Source: Callorhinchus milii
Taxonomy: Eukaryota
Direction of reading: 5' to 3'
NCBI RefSeq assembly: GCF_018977255.1
Contig: NW_024704743.1
Location: 104,224,001 to 104,288,000 of the forward strand
Length of the DNA stretch: 64,000 nt
This document shows, one piece after another, positions 25,654 through 38,360 of this stretch. The notes beneath the pieces were generated by a model. It was given only the letters and a program-made list of their open reading frames with translations. It was not told where the DNA came from and made no database searches. A program made the position numbers and the translations under genes. The stretch's first letter is position 1; each line of letters opens with the position of its first letter.

Positions 25654-25739
25654 ACATCTCAAAGCGCTTCACATTTTATGTTCTTTCACTTCGGAAATAC
25701 CATCTTTTGTCCCTTCAGAAACAAGTTCACCAAAGAATA

Positions 25740-26695
25740 TTGGATGCCAAAGTGTCTTTCTTCAGCTCAACGTGCGAAAAACCGAGGCCCTCCTGATTGG
25801 CTCACGTCAGCGCCTCCGCACCTCAGGCGCTGACACCATCAGCATCCAAGGCTGCACTCTCCACCTCGCAAAGCCGGTCAGGAACCTCGGCGTTTTGTTC
25901 GACCCTGAGCTGTCCTTTCTCCCTCACATCCGCACCACAACTGGCACCGCCTTCCATCACCTCTGAAACATCGCCAGACTACGGCATTACCTCACCCCTC
26001 ACGCTGCTGAAACTCTGGTCCACGCCTTTGTCACCTCAAGGCTGGACTATGGGAACTCTCTCCTCGCCGGCCTTCCGCCACCTCCCTCCACAAGCTGCAG
26101 GTCATTCAGAACTCTGCAGCTCGTGTACTGTCCCGCACCAGGCTTCGCGACCACATCACTCCCACCCTCGCTCGCCTCCACTGGCTCCCATCCCCAGAGG
26201 ATTGATTTCAAGATCCTCATCCTCACCTACAAGGCCATTCACGGCCTTGCTCCCTCCTACCTCTCTGACCTACTATCCCCCTACCTACCTGCCCGTACCC
26301 TCCGTTCCTCTGGCTCCGGTCTGCTCCACGTCCCCCGCCCCAATCGCCCTACCATCGGTGGTCGGGCCTTCAGCCTCTCAGCCCCAGGCTCTGGAACTCC
26401 ATCCCCAGTGCCTTCGCCTTGCCTCCTCCCTTTCCTCCTTCAAGGCCGGTCTCAAAACCTTTCTCTTTGACCGAGCCTTCAGCTCCCCTCTCGACTCTCT
26501 TCCCCCTCCTCGCTCCCTCCCTTCCCTCCCCTTACCCTGACCATTTCCCCCCTCCTCGCTCCCTCCCTTCCCTCCCCTCACCCTGACCATTTCCCCCCTG
26601 CTCGGGTCATGACCCAACTGTGCAGCGCCTTGGGACGTCCTCCTGACGTGAAAGGCGCTTTATAAATGGAATCTTGTTGTTGTTGTTGTTGTTGT
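25740..26695 (+). mobile_element. Young L2 LINE 3' kilobase
   Basis: [44 protein letters not shown], CpG-rich, intact stem-loop and (TTG)n. Confidence 0.95.
26502..26593 (+). repeat. 46-bp tandem duplication in the L2 3'UTR
   Basis: Two copies of ccccctcctcgctccctcccttccctcccct(t/c)accctgaccatttc. Confidence 0.9.
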
Positions 26696-26699
26696 CTTC

Positions 26700-27030
26700 A
26701 CCTCATTTAATCTTATCCAGAAAACCTGTTCTACCGTGTTCCCATGACAGCATCAAGCTATTTCTTAAATTAATCTGACATCCTGGCCTATATCGCCCTT
26801 CCAGGTAAACCATTCCGCTGTTAATTATCTTCTGTGTAAAGAAATACTTCCTGATGTGTGTTCTGAAATTGTTTTTCACAACTGTGAACCTGTGTCCTCT
26901 CGCTCTGCCTTGGCACATCGAAAACTATTGTTCTGGGTTTACTTTCTCAATCCCATCAGAATCTTATACAGTATATCTCTATCAGGTTCTCTTTCAGCTG
27001 CACCATTCCTTAGTGTAGAGTAACTCTGCA
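26700..27030 (-). mobile_element. Old CR1 3' end
   Basis: ORF 26703-26918 (RARGHRF..RKYFFTQKII). Confidence 0.75.
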
Positions 27031-27086
27031 GCAATTTTGTGACTAACCAATCTCTGATAAAAGCCTCCACCACCCACCTCTTTGTT

Positions 27087-27262
27087 GGGATCTCGGTTTA
27101 ACGTATTTGCAGAAAGACAGCACCTCCAACAACACAGCACAATCCAGCATTGCACCAAAGTATCGTCTTAGACTTTGTGAGTTCACAGGCCCAATGTGGT
27201 GCTTCAACCCAAACTTTCTGACTCAGATGCGAGAGTGCTAAACCAAGTAAACCAAGCTGACT
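27087..27262 (-). mobile_element. Deu-domain SINE 5' part
   Basis: ctcggtttaacgt..gaaagacagcacctccaaca..cagcac..ttctgactcaga. Confidence 0.7.
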
Positions 27263-27454
27263 GTTCTGTAATTCTGTAACCATCTGAGATTTTATCTTTC
27301 TACAACACAGTTGAAAGACGCAACCAGCTAAGCCTCTGTCCCACAGCAGATTTCTCCTCATCATCCTTCTACTCTGACCCTTCTTTCCAAGTACTCAGTG
27401 CTTCATCTTGTAAATCCTCAGTGTCTAAATCTGTGCTGATGCTGATTCATATGT

Positions 27455-27670
27455 GGAGTCCTGTAGCTCAGTGGTTAGAGCACTCGCTTTGCAAGTGAGA
27501 GACCTGAGTTCAATTCCAGGCAGGGCGAAACCTTGGGCAAGTTTCCTTACTCCACACTCCTAATAATAATCCCTCCAAAACCCAAAACAATAATAAAATT
27601 GGTCATTTTCAATCTATGATTGTTTGTGGGACATTGCTGTGCGCAATTGGCTGCCGCGTTCGCCCACAAA
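27455..27670 (+). mobile_element. Young tRNA-SINE, 5' part of a split host copy
   Basis: Head through cgcccacaaa. Confidence 0.92.
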
Positions 27671-27992
27671 TAATAATAATAATAATAATAATACTTGCAT
27701 TTGATATAGCGCTTTTCACGTCGGGAGGACGTCCCAAAGCGCTTCACAGAACACACTGTAAAGTGAATTGACTGTATATTTGTGGCGAAAGCGGCAGTCA
27801 ATTGCGCACAGCAATGTACCACAAACAGTCGTAGATTGAAAATTACCAATTTATTATTGTTTTTGGTTTTGGAGGGATTATTATTAGGCGTGTGGAGTAA
27901 GTAAACTTGCCCAAGGTTTCGCCCTGCCTGGAATTGAACTCAGGTCTCTCACTTGCAAAGCGAGTGTTCTAACCACTGAACTACAGGACTCC
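27671..27992 (-). mobile_element. Young full-length tRNA-SINE (inserted)
   Basis: Complete head at 27992 and (TTA)n tail at 27671. Confidence 0.95.
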
Positions 27993-28050
27993 TACCACCA
28001 CTTAAAGATGATCTTGTTGTGATAAAAGGCTCACAGAGAACTAGAACTAT

Positions 28051-28327
28051 TAACAATAATCATAATAATCCTTGCATTTGATGTAGTGCTTTTTCACATC
28101 TTTGTGACACCTCAAAGTGCTTCACAGAATACACTGTAAAGTGAATTGACTATTTTGTTAGCGAAATGCAGCAGCCAATTGCGCACAGCTGTGTCTCACA
28201 ACCCTGTCATGGATTGAAGTGACTAATTTATTATTATTTTTTTTGAAGGAATTATTACCCCCAGAAAAGTGACCCACCAATCGACTACCAACCAGGTTCC
28301 TATTTACTCCTAGGTAAGCAGAGGCGT
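28051..28327 (-). mobile_element. Older long-subfamily SINE lacking its head
   Basis: Diverged tail plus caatcgactaccaaccaggttcc..gtaagcagaggcgt. Confidence 0.85.
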
Positions 28328-28329
28328 AC

Positions 28330-28427
28330 ATATACAGTCAATTCACTTTACAGTGTGTTCTGTGAAGTGCTTTGGGATGTCCTCCTGACGTGAAAAGCGC
28401 AATATCAAATGCAAGGATTATTATTAT
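28330..28427 (+). mobile_element. Young tRNA-SINE, 3' remainder of the 27455 copy
   Basis: Resumes exactly at (a)tatacagtcaattcac. Confidence 0.88.
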
Positions 28428-28872
28428 GTTTCAAACCCTCTCCTTTTTTGTACTTTTCTTTCAATATGTAATTTCTCTTACAGTTGTATTTTTTGTTGAT
28501 ATTAGTTTAAAAGCCTCTATTAATGTGTTTTTGTCTCCTGGGGCAGATTTCAGTGAGACTAAAAGCTGTTACTGAACTTGGAGATGATATAGTGTGATAG
28601 GTAACCTCAGAATAAGCACTTTCAAACAATTTAGCTTGTGTAAAAAGAATAAAAAAAAACAATCTTACGTCAGCACTTATGATTTGAAATGAGCTGTGCT
28701 AAATCCAATAACACAGTAAAGCTGCCACATTAAAATACCCTAGAGAGTATAAAATTGCTTTAATATTTTTCAAACCTTTTTTACAACAAAGCATATTCCA
28801 TTCCCATAAGCATTTGAAGTTTCTGATGAGCAAGTTAAGATCTTAAGTTAAGTACTCAGTCATCACTGGTTT

Positions 28873-31460
28873 AAGAACATAAGAATTAGGAGCAGGAGTA
28901 GGCCATTCGGCCCTTCGTGCCTGCTCCGCCATTCAATAAGATCATGGCTGATCTTCTCACCTAACTCTGATTACTTGCCCTATCCCCATATCCCCTAATC
29001 CCTCTATTTTTCAAGAATATCAGTCTCAGCCTTGAAAATGTTGAAGGACTGAGCATCTGCAGCCTTCTGGGGTAGTGAATTCCATAAGTTCACTACCCTC
29101 TGAGTGAAGAAATGTTTCCTCAACTCTGTTCTAAGAGGCTGATCCTTAATTTTAAGACTGTGACCCCTGGTTATAGATTCTCCTACCAGGGGAAACAATC
29201 CCTCTGTGTCTACTTTATCCAGCCCTTTAAGAATCTTATAAGTTTCAATAAGATCTCCCCTAATTCTTCTGTACTCTAGAGAATACAGCCCTAGTTTATT
29301 CAGCCTATCCTCATAGGTCAGTCCCCTCATCCCAGGAACTAACCGAGTGAATCTACGCTGCACCCCCTCCAGGGCAAGTATGTCCTTTTTTAAATAAGGA
29401 GACCAAAACTGCACACAATACTCTAGGTGCGGTCTCACCAAAGCCCTATACAGTTGCAGCAAGACTTCCCTACTCTTATATTCTAAACCTTTCGAAATGA
29501 ACGCTAACATGCCGTTCGCCTTCTTAGTTGGTTGCTGCACCTGCAAACTAACTTTTTGGGACTGGTGTACAAGGACACCCAAATCCCTTTGAATACTAAC
29601 TCTATCTAACTTCTCCCCTTCCAGAAAATAATCTGTTCTTTTATTCTTGCTACCTAGGTGAATAATTTCACACTTGCTAACATTGAATTCCATCTGCCAC
29701 CTACTTGCCCACTCCCCTAGCCTATCTATATCTTGTTGCAATCTTTTTGCATCATCCTGAGAGCTCACTCTGCTACCTAGTTTAGTATCATCCGCGAATT
29801 TAGACACATTACATTCAATGTCCTCGTCCAGATCATTGATGTAAATGGTAAATAGCTGAGGCCCAAGCACTGATCCTTGTGGCACTCCACTAGTTACATC
29901 CTGCCAATTCGAGAATGATCCGTTTATCACTACTCTCTGCTTTCTACCCGATAGCCACTCTTCTATCCATGTTAATATTTTCCCATTAATCCCGTGGGCC
30001 TTGATCTTGAGTAACAGCCTTTTGTGTGGCACCTTGTCAAATGCCTTCCTAAAATCCAAATATACCACATCTACTGGTTCCCCCTTATCCAACCTGCTGG
30101 ATACATCCTCAAAAAATTCTAAAAGGTTAGTCAAGCATGACTTCCCTTTTGTAAAGCCATGTTGACTCTGCCTAATCTTTTTATGGTCTTCCAGGTATCC
30201 CATAACTACGTCTTTTATTAAGGACTCAAGAATTTTCCCTACAACTGACGTCAAACTAACTGGTCTATAGTTTTCCCTATTTTCTCTCCCACCCTTCTTA
30301 AATAGTGGAGTTACGTTTGCAATCTTCCAATCAATGGGAACTTTTCCAGTATCCACAGACTTTTGGAAGATTATAGACATGCCATCCACTATCTCAGTAG
30401 CCACCTCCTTTAAAACTCTCGGATGCAGGCCATCCGGTCCAGGGGATTTATCGGTTTTAAGACCCGACAATTTACCTAGAACCATCTCTTTACTAATGTT
30501 AATCTCCCTAAGTTGCTCGCTAACATTGTCTTCTTGGTCCTCTATTTTTGGTATGTTTCCAGTGTCTTCTACGGTGAAGACTGTAGAAAAATACTTGTTT
30601 AATGACTCTGCCATGTCTTTGTCCCCTATTATAATTCCTCCGGTCTCTGCCTGTAATGGACCCACATTCACCCTCGCTAGCCTTTTCCTCTTTATACATT
30701 TGTAAAAACTCTTAGAGTCTGTTTTTATGTTCTTTGCTAGTTTGTACTCGTAATCTATTTTCTCCCTCTTGATCAATTTTTTGGTCCTCCTCTGATGTTC
30801 CCTAAAGTTCTCCCAATCCTCGGGTTTACTACTCATCTTCGCTGTTTTATAGGCTTTTTCTTTTGATTTGATACTTTCCCTAACTGCTCTAGTTAGCCAT
30901 GGCTGCACCACCTTTCCCATGGCATTCTTATTCCTCAAAGGAATATGTAATCGTTGGGAATTTTGCACTATCTCCTTGAATGCCTACCATTGCTGGTCTA
31001 CCGTCAAATCTTTAAGTTCAGTCTCCCAGTTTATTCTGGCTAAATCCTCTCTCATACCAGCAAAGTTGGCTCGATTTAAATTGAAGACTTTTGCTTCAGG
31101 TTTAACTACTTCACTTTCTAAGTTAACGCTAAATTCAATCATATTATGATCGCTTTGCCCTAGAGGAGCCTTAAGTTCCAGTTTGCTGATCAGCCCTGTT
31201 TCATTACACAAAACAAGGTCTAATATGGCTTGTTCCCTGGTCGGCTCCTCAGCATATTGATCTAGAAAATTATCTCTAATACATTCTATAAACTCCTCTT
31301 CTATGTTACCTTTCCTAATTTGGTTGTCCCAGTCTATGTGCAGGTTAAAATCACCCACAATTAGTGTCTTTCCTTTGCTACATGCTCCACTAATCTCTTG
31401 ATTTATACCTTGAGCGATACTTTGACCACTGTTTGGGGTCTATAACCTACTCCCACTGTT
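28873..31460 (-). mobile_element. CR1 LINE, 5'-truncated, near-intact ORF2
   Basis: Partial APE (YRPP, GDFN, LDLVL, SDH) plus RT; 3'UTR ggccgaatggcctactcctgctcc and tail. Confidence 0.97.
29004..30968 (-). CDS. CR1 ORF2 reverse transcriptase (654-codon open segment)
   Basis: [41 protein letters not shown] and FADD motifs. In frame with ORF 30984-31358 across a single TAG. Confidence 0.9.
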   Translation of the reverse strand: MQNSQRLHIPLRNKNAMGKVVQPWLTRAVRESIKSKEKAYKTAKMSSKPEDWENFREHQRRTKKLIKREKIDYEYKLAKNIKTDSKSFYKCIKRKRLARVNVGPLQAETGGIIIGDKDMAESLNKYFSTVFTVEDTGNIPKIEDQEDNVSEQLREINISKEMVLGKLSGLKTDKSPGPDGLHPRVLKEVATEIVDGMSIIFQKSVDTGKVPIDWKIANVTPLFKKGGRENRENYRPVSLTSVVGKILESLIKDVVMGYLEDHKKIRQSQHGFTKGKSCLTNLLEFFEDVSSRLDKGEPVDVVYLDFRKAFDKVPHKRLLLKIKAHGINGKILTWIEEWLSGRKQRVVINGSFSNWQDVTSGVPQGSVLGPQLFTIYINDLDEDIECNVSKFADDTKLGSRVSSQDDAKRLQQDIDRLGEWASRWQMEFNVSKCEIIHLGSKNKRTDYFLEGEKLDRVSIQRDLGVLVHQSQKVSLQVQQPTKKANGMLAFISKGLEYKSREVLLQLYRALVRPHLEYCVQFWSPYLKKDILALEGVQRRFTRLVPGMRGLTYEDRLNKLGLYSLEYRRIRGDLIETYKILKGLDKVDTEGLFPLVGESITRGHSLKIKDQPLRTELRKHFFTQRVVNLWNSLPQKAADAQSFNIFKAETDILEK

Positions 31461-31554
31461 TATTTTCAGTTCTTCATTTGTCCGACTTGAATTCTTTGCA
31501 CTTATGTAAAGTGGAGAAACCCATGAAAAAGCAATGTTCCTTGCACTAATCTCA

Positions 31555-32795
31555 TATTGTTATCTCTAATAGAATTTTTCGATGAGGTAACTAAGAGGGT
31601 GGATAATGGTAGTGCAGTTGATGTAGTTTATATGGACTTTCAAAAGGCATTTGAAAGACTTGTAAGAAAGATAGAAGCCCATGGTATAAAAGGACAGTGG
31701 CAGCATGGATCCAGAACTGGCTGGGAGACAGAAAGCAGAGAGTTGTGGTGAACGGCTCCTTTTCTGACTGGAGGGAAGTGTGCAATGACGTCCTCCAGGG
31801 ATCGGTATTAGGACCACTGCTCTTCTTAATATACATAAATGATCTGGACTTGGGTATAGCAAGCACGATTTCCAAGTTTGCGGACGACACAAAGTTAGGT
31901 AGGGTGGTGAATAGTGAGAAGGATAGTAGCCAACTGCAGGAAGACATAGACAGAATGGTAAAATGGGCAGACACATGGCAGATGAATTTCAATGTGGAGA
32001 AATGCAAGGTAATGCATTTTGGTAGAAAGAATGAGGGGAGGCAATATAGGATAGATAATACAATCTTAAGGGGGGTAAAAGAACAGAGAGACCTGAGGGT
32101 GCAGGTAAATGAATTCTTGAAGGTGGCAGGACAGGTAGATAAAGCTGTGAAAAGAGCATATGGGATACTAGGCTTTATAAATAGGGGCATAGAGTACAAG
32201 AGTCAGGAGGTTATGATTAACCTACATAAAACACTGGTTAGGCCTCAGTTAGAATACTATGCCCAGTTCTGGGCACCACACTATAGGAAGGACGTTAAGG
32301 CATTGGAAAGGGTGCAGAGGAGATTTACGAGGATGGTACCAGGAATGAGGGACCTTGATTATGAGGAAAGGCTAGAGAGGCTGGGATTATTCTCATTGGA
32401 GCAGAGAAGGTAACAAGGAGACCTAATAGAGGTCTTCAAAATCATGAGGGGATTTGATAGGTTAGAAAGGGAAAAACTGTTTCCACTGGTGGGTGTGTTG
32501 GTGACTCGAGGTCACAGATTCAAAATAGTCTCTAAAAGAAGCAGAGGGAAGGTGAGAGAAATTTTTTCACGCAGCGAGTTGTTCGAATCTGGAACGCATT
32601 GCCTGAAAGGGTGGTTGAGGCCGATTCAATAACAACTTTTAAAAATGCGGTGAACGGGTATTTGAGGAGGACGGGTTTGCAGGGTTATGGGGAAAGGGCT
32701 GGGGAGTGGGATTGACATTAATTGCTCTATTCAAAGAGCCGGCACAAACTCGTTGGGCCGAATGGCCTCTTTTTGTGCTGTATGATTCTATGATT
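31555..32795 (+). mobile_element. CR1 LINE of a second subfamily, 5'-truncated
   Basis: ORF 31697-32413 ([21 protein letters not shown]) and (ATTCTATG) tail. Confidence 0.95.
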
Positions 32796-33124
32796 GTTTT
32801 ATCATAAAAGATTCATGGAAGAATCAAAAGTGTTGAAGAAGAAGAAATAATTCCTTTTATCTAAATGTAAAAGATTAAGCTACCGGGGGAAAGAGAATAA
32901 TTCCACCTTGGTTTTCATTTACTTTATTTCTCTATTTGTGTGGCATTTGAAAGCATTAATAGCTTAGCAACTTCTTAAATACTTAAGAACTCCAGAAAAA
33001 AACAGCTTCAATGTCAAGTTGAGGTGAAATAAAAAATTTGCCAAATCTGGAAACTCCAAAATGCTACATAAATAGAGCAAATCTCGACCCAGGTAGAATT
33101 TTTCCCCAAAAGCTACCACGATTA

Positions 33125-34455
33125 CAAAAATATTCAACCTCTCTCTATCAACTAGCACCATTCCCACCTCCCTAAAAACAGCTGTCATCACCCCTAGCCC
33201 ACAGCATGGAAAACAGCCATGGTCAAGGTGACAAATGACATTCTGTCCACCTCGTCCTCCTCGACCTCTCCCCTGCCTTCGACATTGTGGACCATTCTAT
33301 CCTCCTCCAATGCCTCTCCTCTCACCTCAACCTTCAAAAATCTGTCCTTCAATGGTTCAGATCCAATCTGTCACATTGGCTCCACTTTGTCTCAACAAAC
33401 GGCTGCTCCTCCAGCCCCCGCACCATCTTGTGCGGTGATCCTCAGGGCTTTGTCCTCGGTCTTCTCATCTTCAATCTATACATGCTCCCTCTTGGTGACA
33501 TCTTCCGCAGATATGGGGTCACATGTATGCAGATGACACTCAACTCTATCTCTCTGCCTCCACCCGCGACTCCAGGACCACTGATGTCCTGACAGACTGC
33601 CTGTCAGACATCAAGTCCTGAATGAGAGCCACCTTTTTACAGTTGAATGTCAACTCTCCTGACATTCTCTGAAGCTCTCCTGAGTGGCTCGCTCCAGCGC
33701 CTCCGCATCTCAGGAATTGGCAGCATCCCCACCATCCACAGATGCACACTCCACCTCACCAAGCCAGTCAGGAACATAAGCATTTTGTTCACCACCTCTG
33801 CAACACCTCTGCAACATTGCACTGCCTCACCTCTCAGGCCACCAAAACTCTCATTATGTCCCAGCTCGACTATGCCAATGCCCTGTTTGTTGGCCTTTCC
33901 AACTCTTCCCTCCACAAGCTGCAGATCATCCAGAACTCTTCAGCTCGTGTCCTCTCCTGCACCAGGCTCCATGACACCATTGCACCCACCCACACCTGGC
34001 TCTACTAGCTTCCCATCCCTCCGAGGATCGATCTAAAAATTCTCTCCTCACTTTCAAGGATCTCCATGGTCTTGCCTCCTCCTACTTCTCTGACCTGCTG
34101 ACCACTTATCAACCTGTCCGCTTCCTATGTTCAGCAAGCTCTGGCCTGCTCCATGTCCCCCATCCGGGTGGCCCCACTATCAGCAGTCGGGCCTTCAGCT
34201 TCTCTGCCCCGACCTTCTGGAACTCTATCCCACATCCCTTTGCCTCGCTCCCTCCCTTCCCTCCTTCAAGGCACGTCTCAAGACTCTCCTCTTCGACCAT
34301 GCCTTCGGCCACTCTCCTATCCTCTCTGCCCTCCACCCTCCCTGATTCTAACCCCCCCCACCCCATACCAGCTTGGATCCTAATCCCTGACTGTTCAGTG
34401 CCTTGGCACATCCTCCCGACATGGAAGGCGCTTTACAAATGTAATATTGTATTGT
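33125..34455 (+). mobile_element. L2 LINE fragment
   Basis: VKVTNDI, DHSILL, PQG.VLG, YADD-like motifs and 3' tail. Confidence 0.9.
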
Positions 34456-34556
34456 ATATTGGGGTCTAATTTTCAGTGGGCTAAACTTTTTGATATCTTA
34501 ATTAGCACAAAGAATGCTTGAAGGAATATTGCACAATTTTTCTCAATTAGCCTCCT

Positions 34557-37197
34557 CATAAGACCATAAGACGTAGGATCAGGAGTAGGCCATTTGACCC
34601 CTCGAGCCTCCTCCGTCATTTAATAAGATCATGGCTGATCTTCTAACCTAATTCCATTTACCCACCCTATCTCCATATCCCTTAATCCCTCTATCCTTTA
34701 AAAATCTATCGATCTCAGTCTTTATTATGTTCAAGGACTGAGCATCTACAGCCTTCTGGGGTAGAGAATTCCACAAATTACCCTCTGAATGAAGAAATGT
34801 TTCCTCAACTCAGTTTGAAAAGGCTGACCCTTAATCTTGAGACTATGACCCCCAGTTTTAGATTCTCCAACCAGGGGAAACAGTCTCACACGATCTACCC
34901 TGTCAAGACCCTTAAGAATCTTATAGGTTTCTATAAGATCACCTCTAATTCTTCAATATTCTAAAGAATATCGGCCTAGTTTACTCAACCTATCCTCATA
35001 GGTCAACCCCCTCATCCCAGGAACCAACCTTGTGAATCTACGCTGCATGAGTATGTCCTTTCTTAAATAAGGAGACCAAAACTGCACACAGTATTCTAGG
35101 TGCGGTTTCACCAAGGCCCTATACAATTGCAACAAGACTTCCCTACTCTTGTACTCTAAACCTTTTGCAATGAACACCAACATGGCATTAGGCTTCCTAA
35201 TTGCTTGCTGTACCTGCATACTAACTTTTTTTGACTGGTGTACAAGGACACCCAAATCCCTCTGAACACTAACACTACCTAGTCTCTCCCTCTCTAGAAA
35301 ATAATCTGCTTTTCTATTTTTACTATCTAGGTGAATAACTTCACACTTCCCCACTCTGCCACCTTCTTGCCCATTCACCTACCCTGTCTGTTTCCCTTTG
35401 CATTCTTCGTGTGTCATCCTTCCAGGTAACTCTCCCACCTATCTTCGTATCATCCACAAATTTAGATATGTTAAGTTCTATTTCCTCACCTAAATCATTG
35501 ATATAGACTGTAAATAATTGAGGCCCAAGCACTGATCCTTATGGCACTCCACTAGTCACATCCTGCCAATCTGAGAAGGACCCGTTTATCCCTACTCTCT
35601 GTTTCTTCCTGTTAGCCACTCTCCAATCCATGCTGATATAACCTTTAATTCCATGGGCTCTACTCTTATGAAACAGCCTTTTGTGTGCACCTTGTCGAAT
35701 GCCTTCTGGAAATCCAAATACACCACATCTGCTGTTTTCCCCCCTATCTAACGTACTAGTTACATCCTCAAAAAACTCTAAAAGATTTGTTAAACATGAT
35801 TTCCCTTTCATAAAGCCATGTTGACTCTGCCTGAACATGTTATGATTTTCTAAGTAACCCATGACGACATCCCTAATTAAGGACTCTAGAATTTTCCCTA
35901 CCATCGATGTCAGACTAACTGGTCTATAGTTTCCCATTTTTTTCTCTCACCCTTCTTAAATATATTTTGCGACCTTCCAATCACTGGGAACCATTCCAGA
36001 ATCCAGGGAATTTTGGAAGATCAAAAACAAAGCATCCACTATCTCTGCAGCCACCTCTTTTAAAACTCTAGGATGCAGGCCATCAGGTCCAGGGGATTTA
36101 TCAGTTTTAATCCTATCAATTTCTCTAGTACTATTGCTTTACTGATGTTCATTTCTTTAAGTTCCTCACTAGCATTAGCCTCCAGTTCCCCTCTATTTTC
36201 GGTAAGTTTTCATTGTCCTCTAACGAGAAGACAGAAGCAAAGTATTTGTTTAATGACTGCCATTTCTTTATTCCCCATTATAATTTCTTCTACCTCTGCC
36301 TGCAATGGACCTACATTCACTTTTGATAGTCTTGTTCTTTATGTACTTGTAAAAACTCTTACAATCTGTCGTTATGTTCCTAGCTAGTTTACCCTCGTCT
36401 TCCATTTTCTCCCTCTTAATCAGTGTCTTGGTTTCCCTTTGCTGTTCTCTGAAGCCCTCCCAATCCTCAGGTTTACTGCTCTTTTTGGCAGTATTATAGA
36501 CCTCTTCTTTTAATTTATACTTTCCCTAACTTCTCTAGTTAGCCAAGATTGAACCATACCAGTGGTATTTTTATTTTTCAAGGGAATATGTGATCGCTGG
36601 GAATTATGTATTATATCTTTAAATGTTTGCCATTGCTGGTCTACCGTCATTTTTTAATCTGATTTCCCTGTCTATTTTAGCCAAATCTTCTCTCATAAAG
36701 AAAGTTGGCTTTATTTAAATTTAAGACCCTTGCTTCGGATTCAACTATCTCACTCTCTAACTTAATGTTAAATTCCATCATGTTACACTCGCTCTGCCCT
36801 AGAGGAGACTTAACTTCCAGATTGCTGATTAGCCCTATTTCATTACACAAAACAAGATCTAGGATAGCCTGTTCCCTGGTTGGTTCCTCAGCATACTGTT
36901 CTACAAAACTATCTCTAATGCATTCTATAAACTCATCCTCTAATTTACCTTTGCTAATTTGGTTTTCCCAGTCTATATGAAGATTGAAATCACCCATCAT
37001 TAGTGTATTCCCCTTGTTACATGCTCCTCTAATTTCCTGACTAATACCTTGCCCAATACTGTAACTGCTGTTTGGGGGTCTATAAACTACTCCCACTAGT
37101 ATTTTCTGCCCCTTGTTGCTTCTTACCTCCACCCATACTGACTCTCCATCCTGATTTTATGATTTAAAATCCTTCCTCTCTACTGTTTTTATCTCAC
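34557..37197 (-). mobile_element. CR1 LINE (same subfamily as 28873), degenerate
   Basis: ORFs 36677-37132 (APE), 35539-35937, 35341-35532 and 34953-35378 (RT), separated by frameshifts. Confidence 0.95.
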
Positions 37198-38044
37198 TTA
37201 CCTCTGGAATTAATGTGTTGCTCCTGGTCTCTGATTCACATAGCACATGCTCCAGATCAGCAAACGGCAGATCAGTGAACCCTATCCCCTCCCCTCCAAT
37301 CCAATTACACACATATAATAAACCATCCTGACTGTGAGAATGCTGATTTTAGCTCCAGGTAGGAGTGTAAACACAGCCCTGATCCAGGCAATGGGAATAC
37401 CGAGTTTACTCTCAGAAATGACAGCCTATTTCTAACTTATAGTTTCCATATGTGTCATATAGTGGAGCCTGGTGGGGATTGGAGTGATGAGTGTGCGGAT
37501 TTTGGTAAGAGTGAGGACACAGGCGGCGAAGTAATGGATGAGTTTAACAAAATTTGCTTTGTTAACCACATTTGGACAGTCCATCTGACGTGAAAGGTGC
37601 TATATAAATGCAATTTGTTGTTGTTGTCACATATGTCCTCTAGTTAAGCAGAGCTCACTGGTAATGAACATATTCTGCCCAAATGTAGCTGTCAGCCTCA
37701 AGCTAATATATTACTGTCTGAAAGATTTTATATTGGTAAAACAACATACTGATTGCATGGATTCACTGAGGCTCAGTATTTACAGCCAACTAAAAATAGT
37801 AAAATACAAAGAATAGTTTTTAAAAAAAAGGTTAAAGATTAAAACAAGCATCATGAACTGGAAAATTCTCCTTGTATCTGAAGAGAACATTTTAATGAGC
37901 AAATTAAGTTCATGCTGTTTTTACCTAAAGATTAATTAAACCCTAAATATTTAATGATTAAAATCGTTACATGGGTTTTACGTATTTAATGAATAAAATC
38001 CTTAATTAGGTTTCACTCACAGTGCACTAAATTTAACAGTATAT

Positions 38045-38360
38045 CATAGGATATACTGTAAAATATAGCAACTAAATTTTTAGACAAAACACAGCAGCAA
38101 ATTTGCACACAGAATGTTCCAACAAACAGCTGTGAAGTGAATGATCAATTTTATTTGGAAGGATTGTTGGCCAGAACACCAGGAAAAACTCCCTTCTCCT
38201 TTTAAATAGTGCCATGGGATTGTTAACATCCATCTGAACATACAGAAGGGACTTTAATTTAACATCACACATCCAGTGTCAACATTTGAGTGTTAGCCTT
38301 AGACTGTATGAGTCCAAGTTTCAACATGACTGAGAGGTGAGAATGCTACCAAGAGCCATA
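38045..38360 (-). mobile_element. Deu-domain SINE
   Basis: ggattgttggccagaacaccagg..aatagtgccatgggat. Confidence 0.7.

Noticed and set aside
25797..26540. 247-aa Pro/Ser-rich ORF as a host gene
   Set aside because: It is an alternative frame of a C-rich L2 fragment.
31591..32199. 202-aa minus-strand ORF (and 30334-30705, 36705-36980)
   Set aside because: These are antisense shadows of CR1 ORF2.
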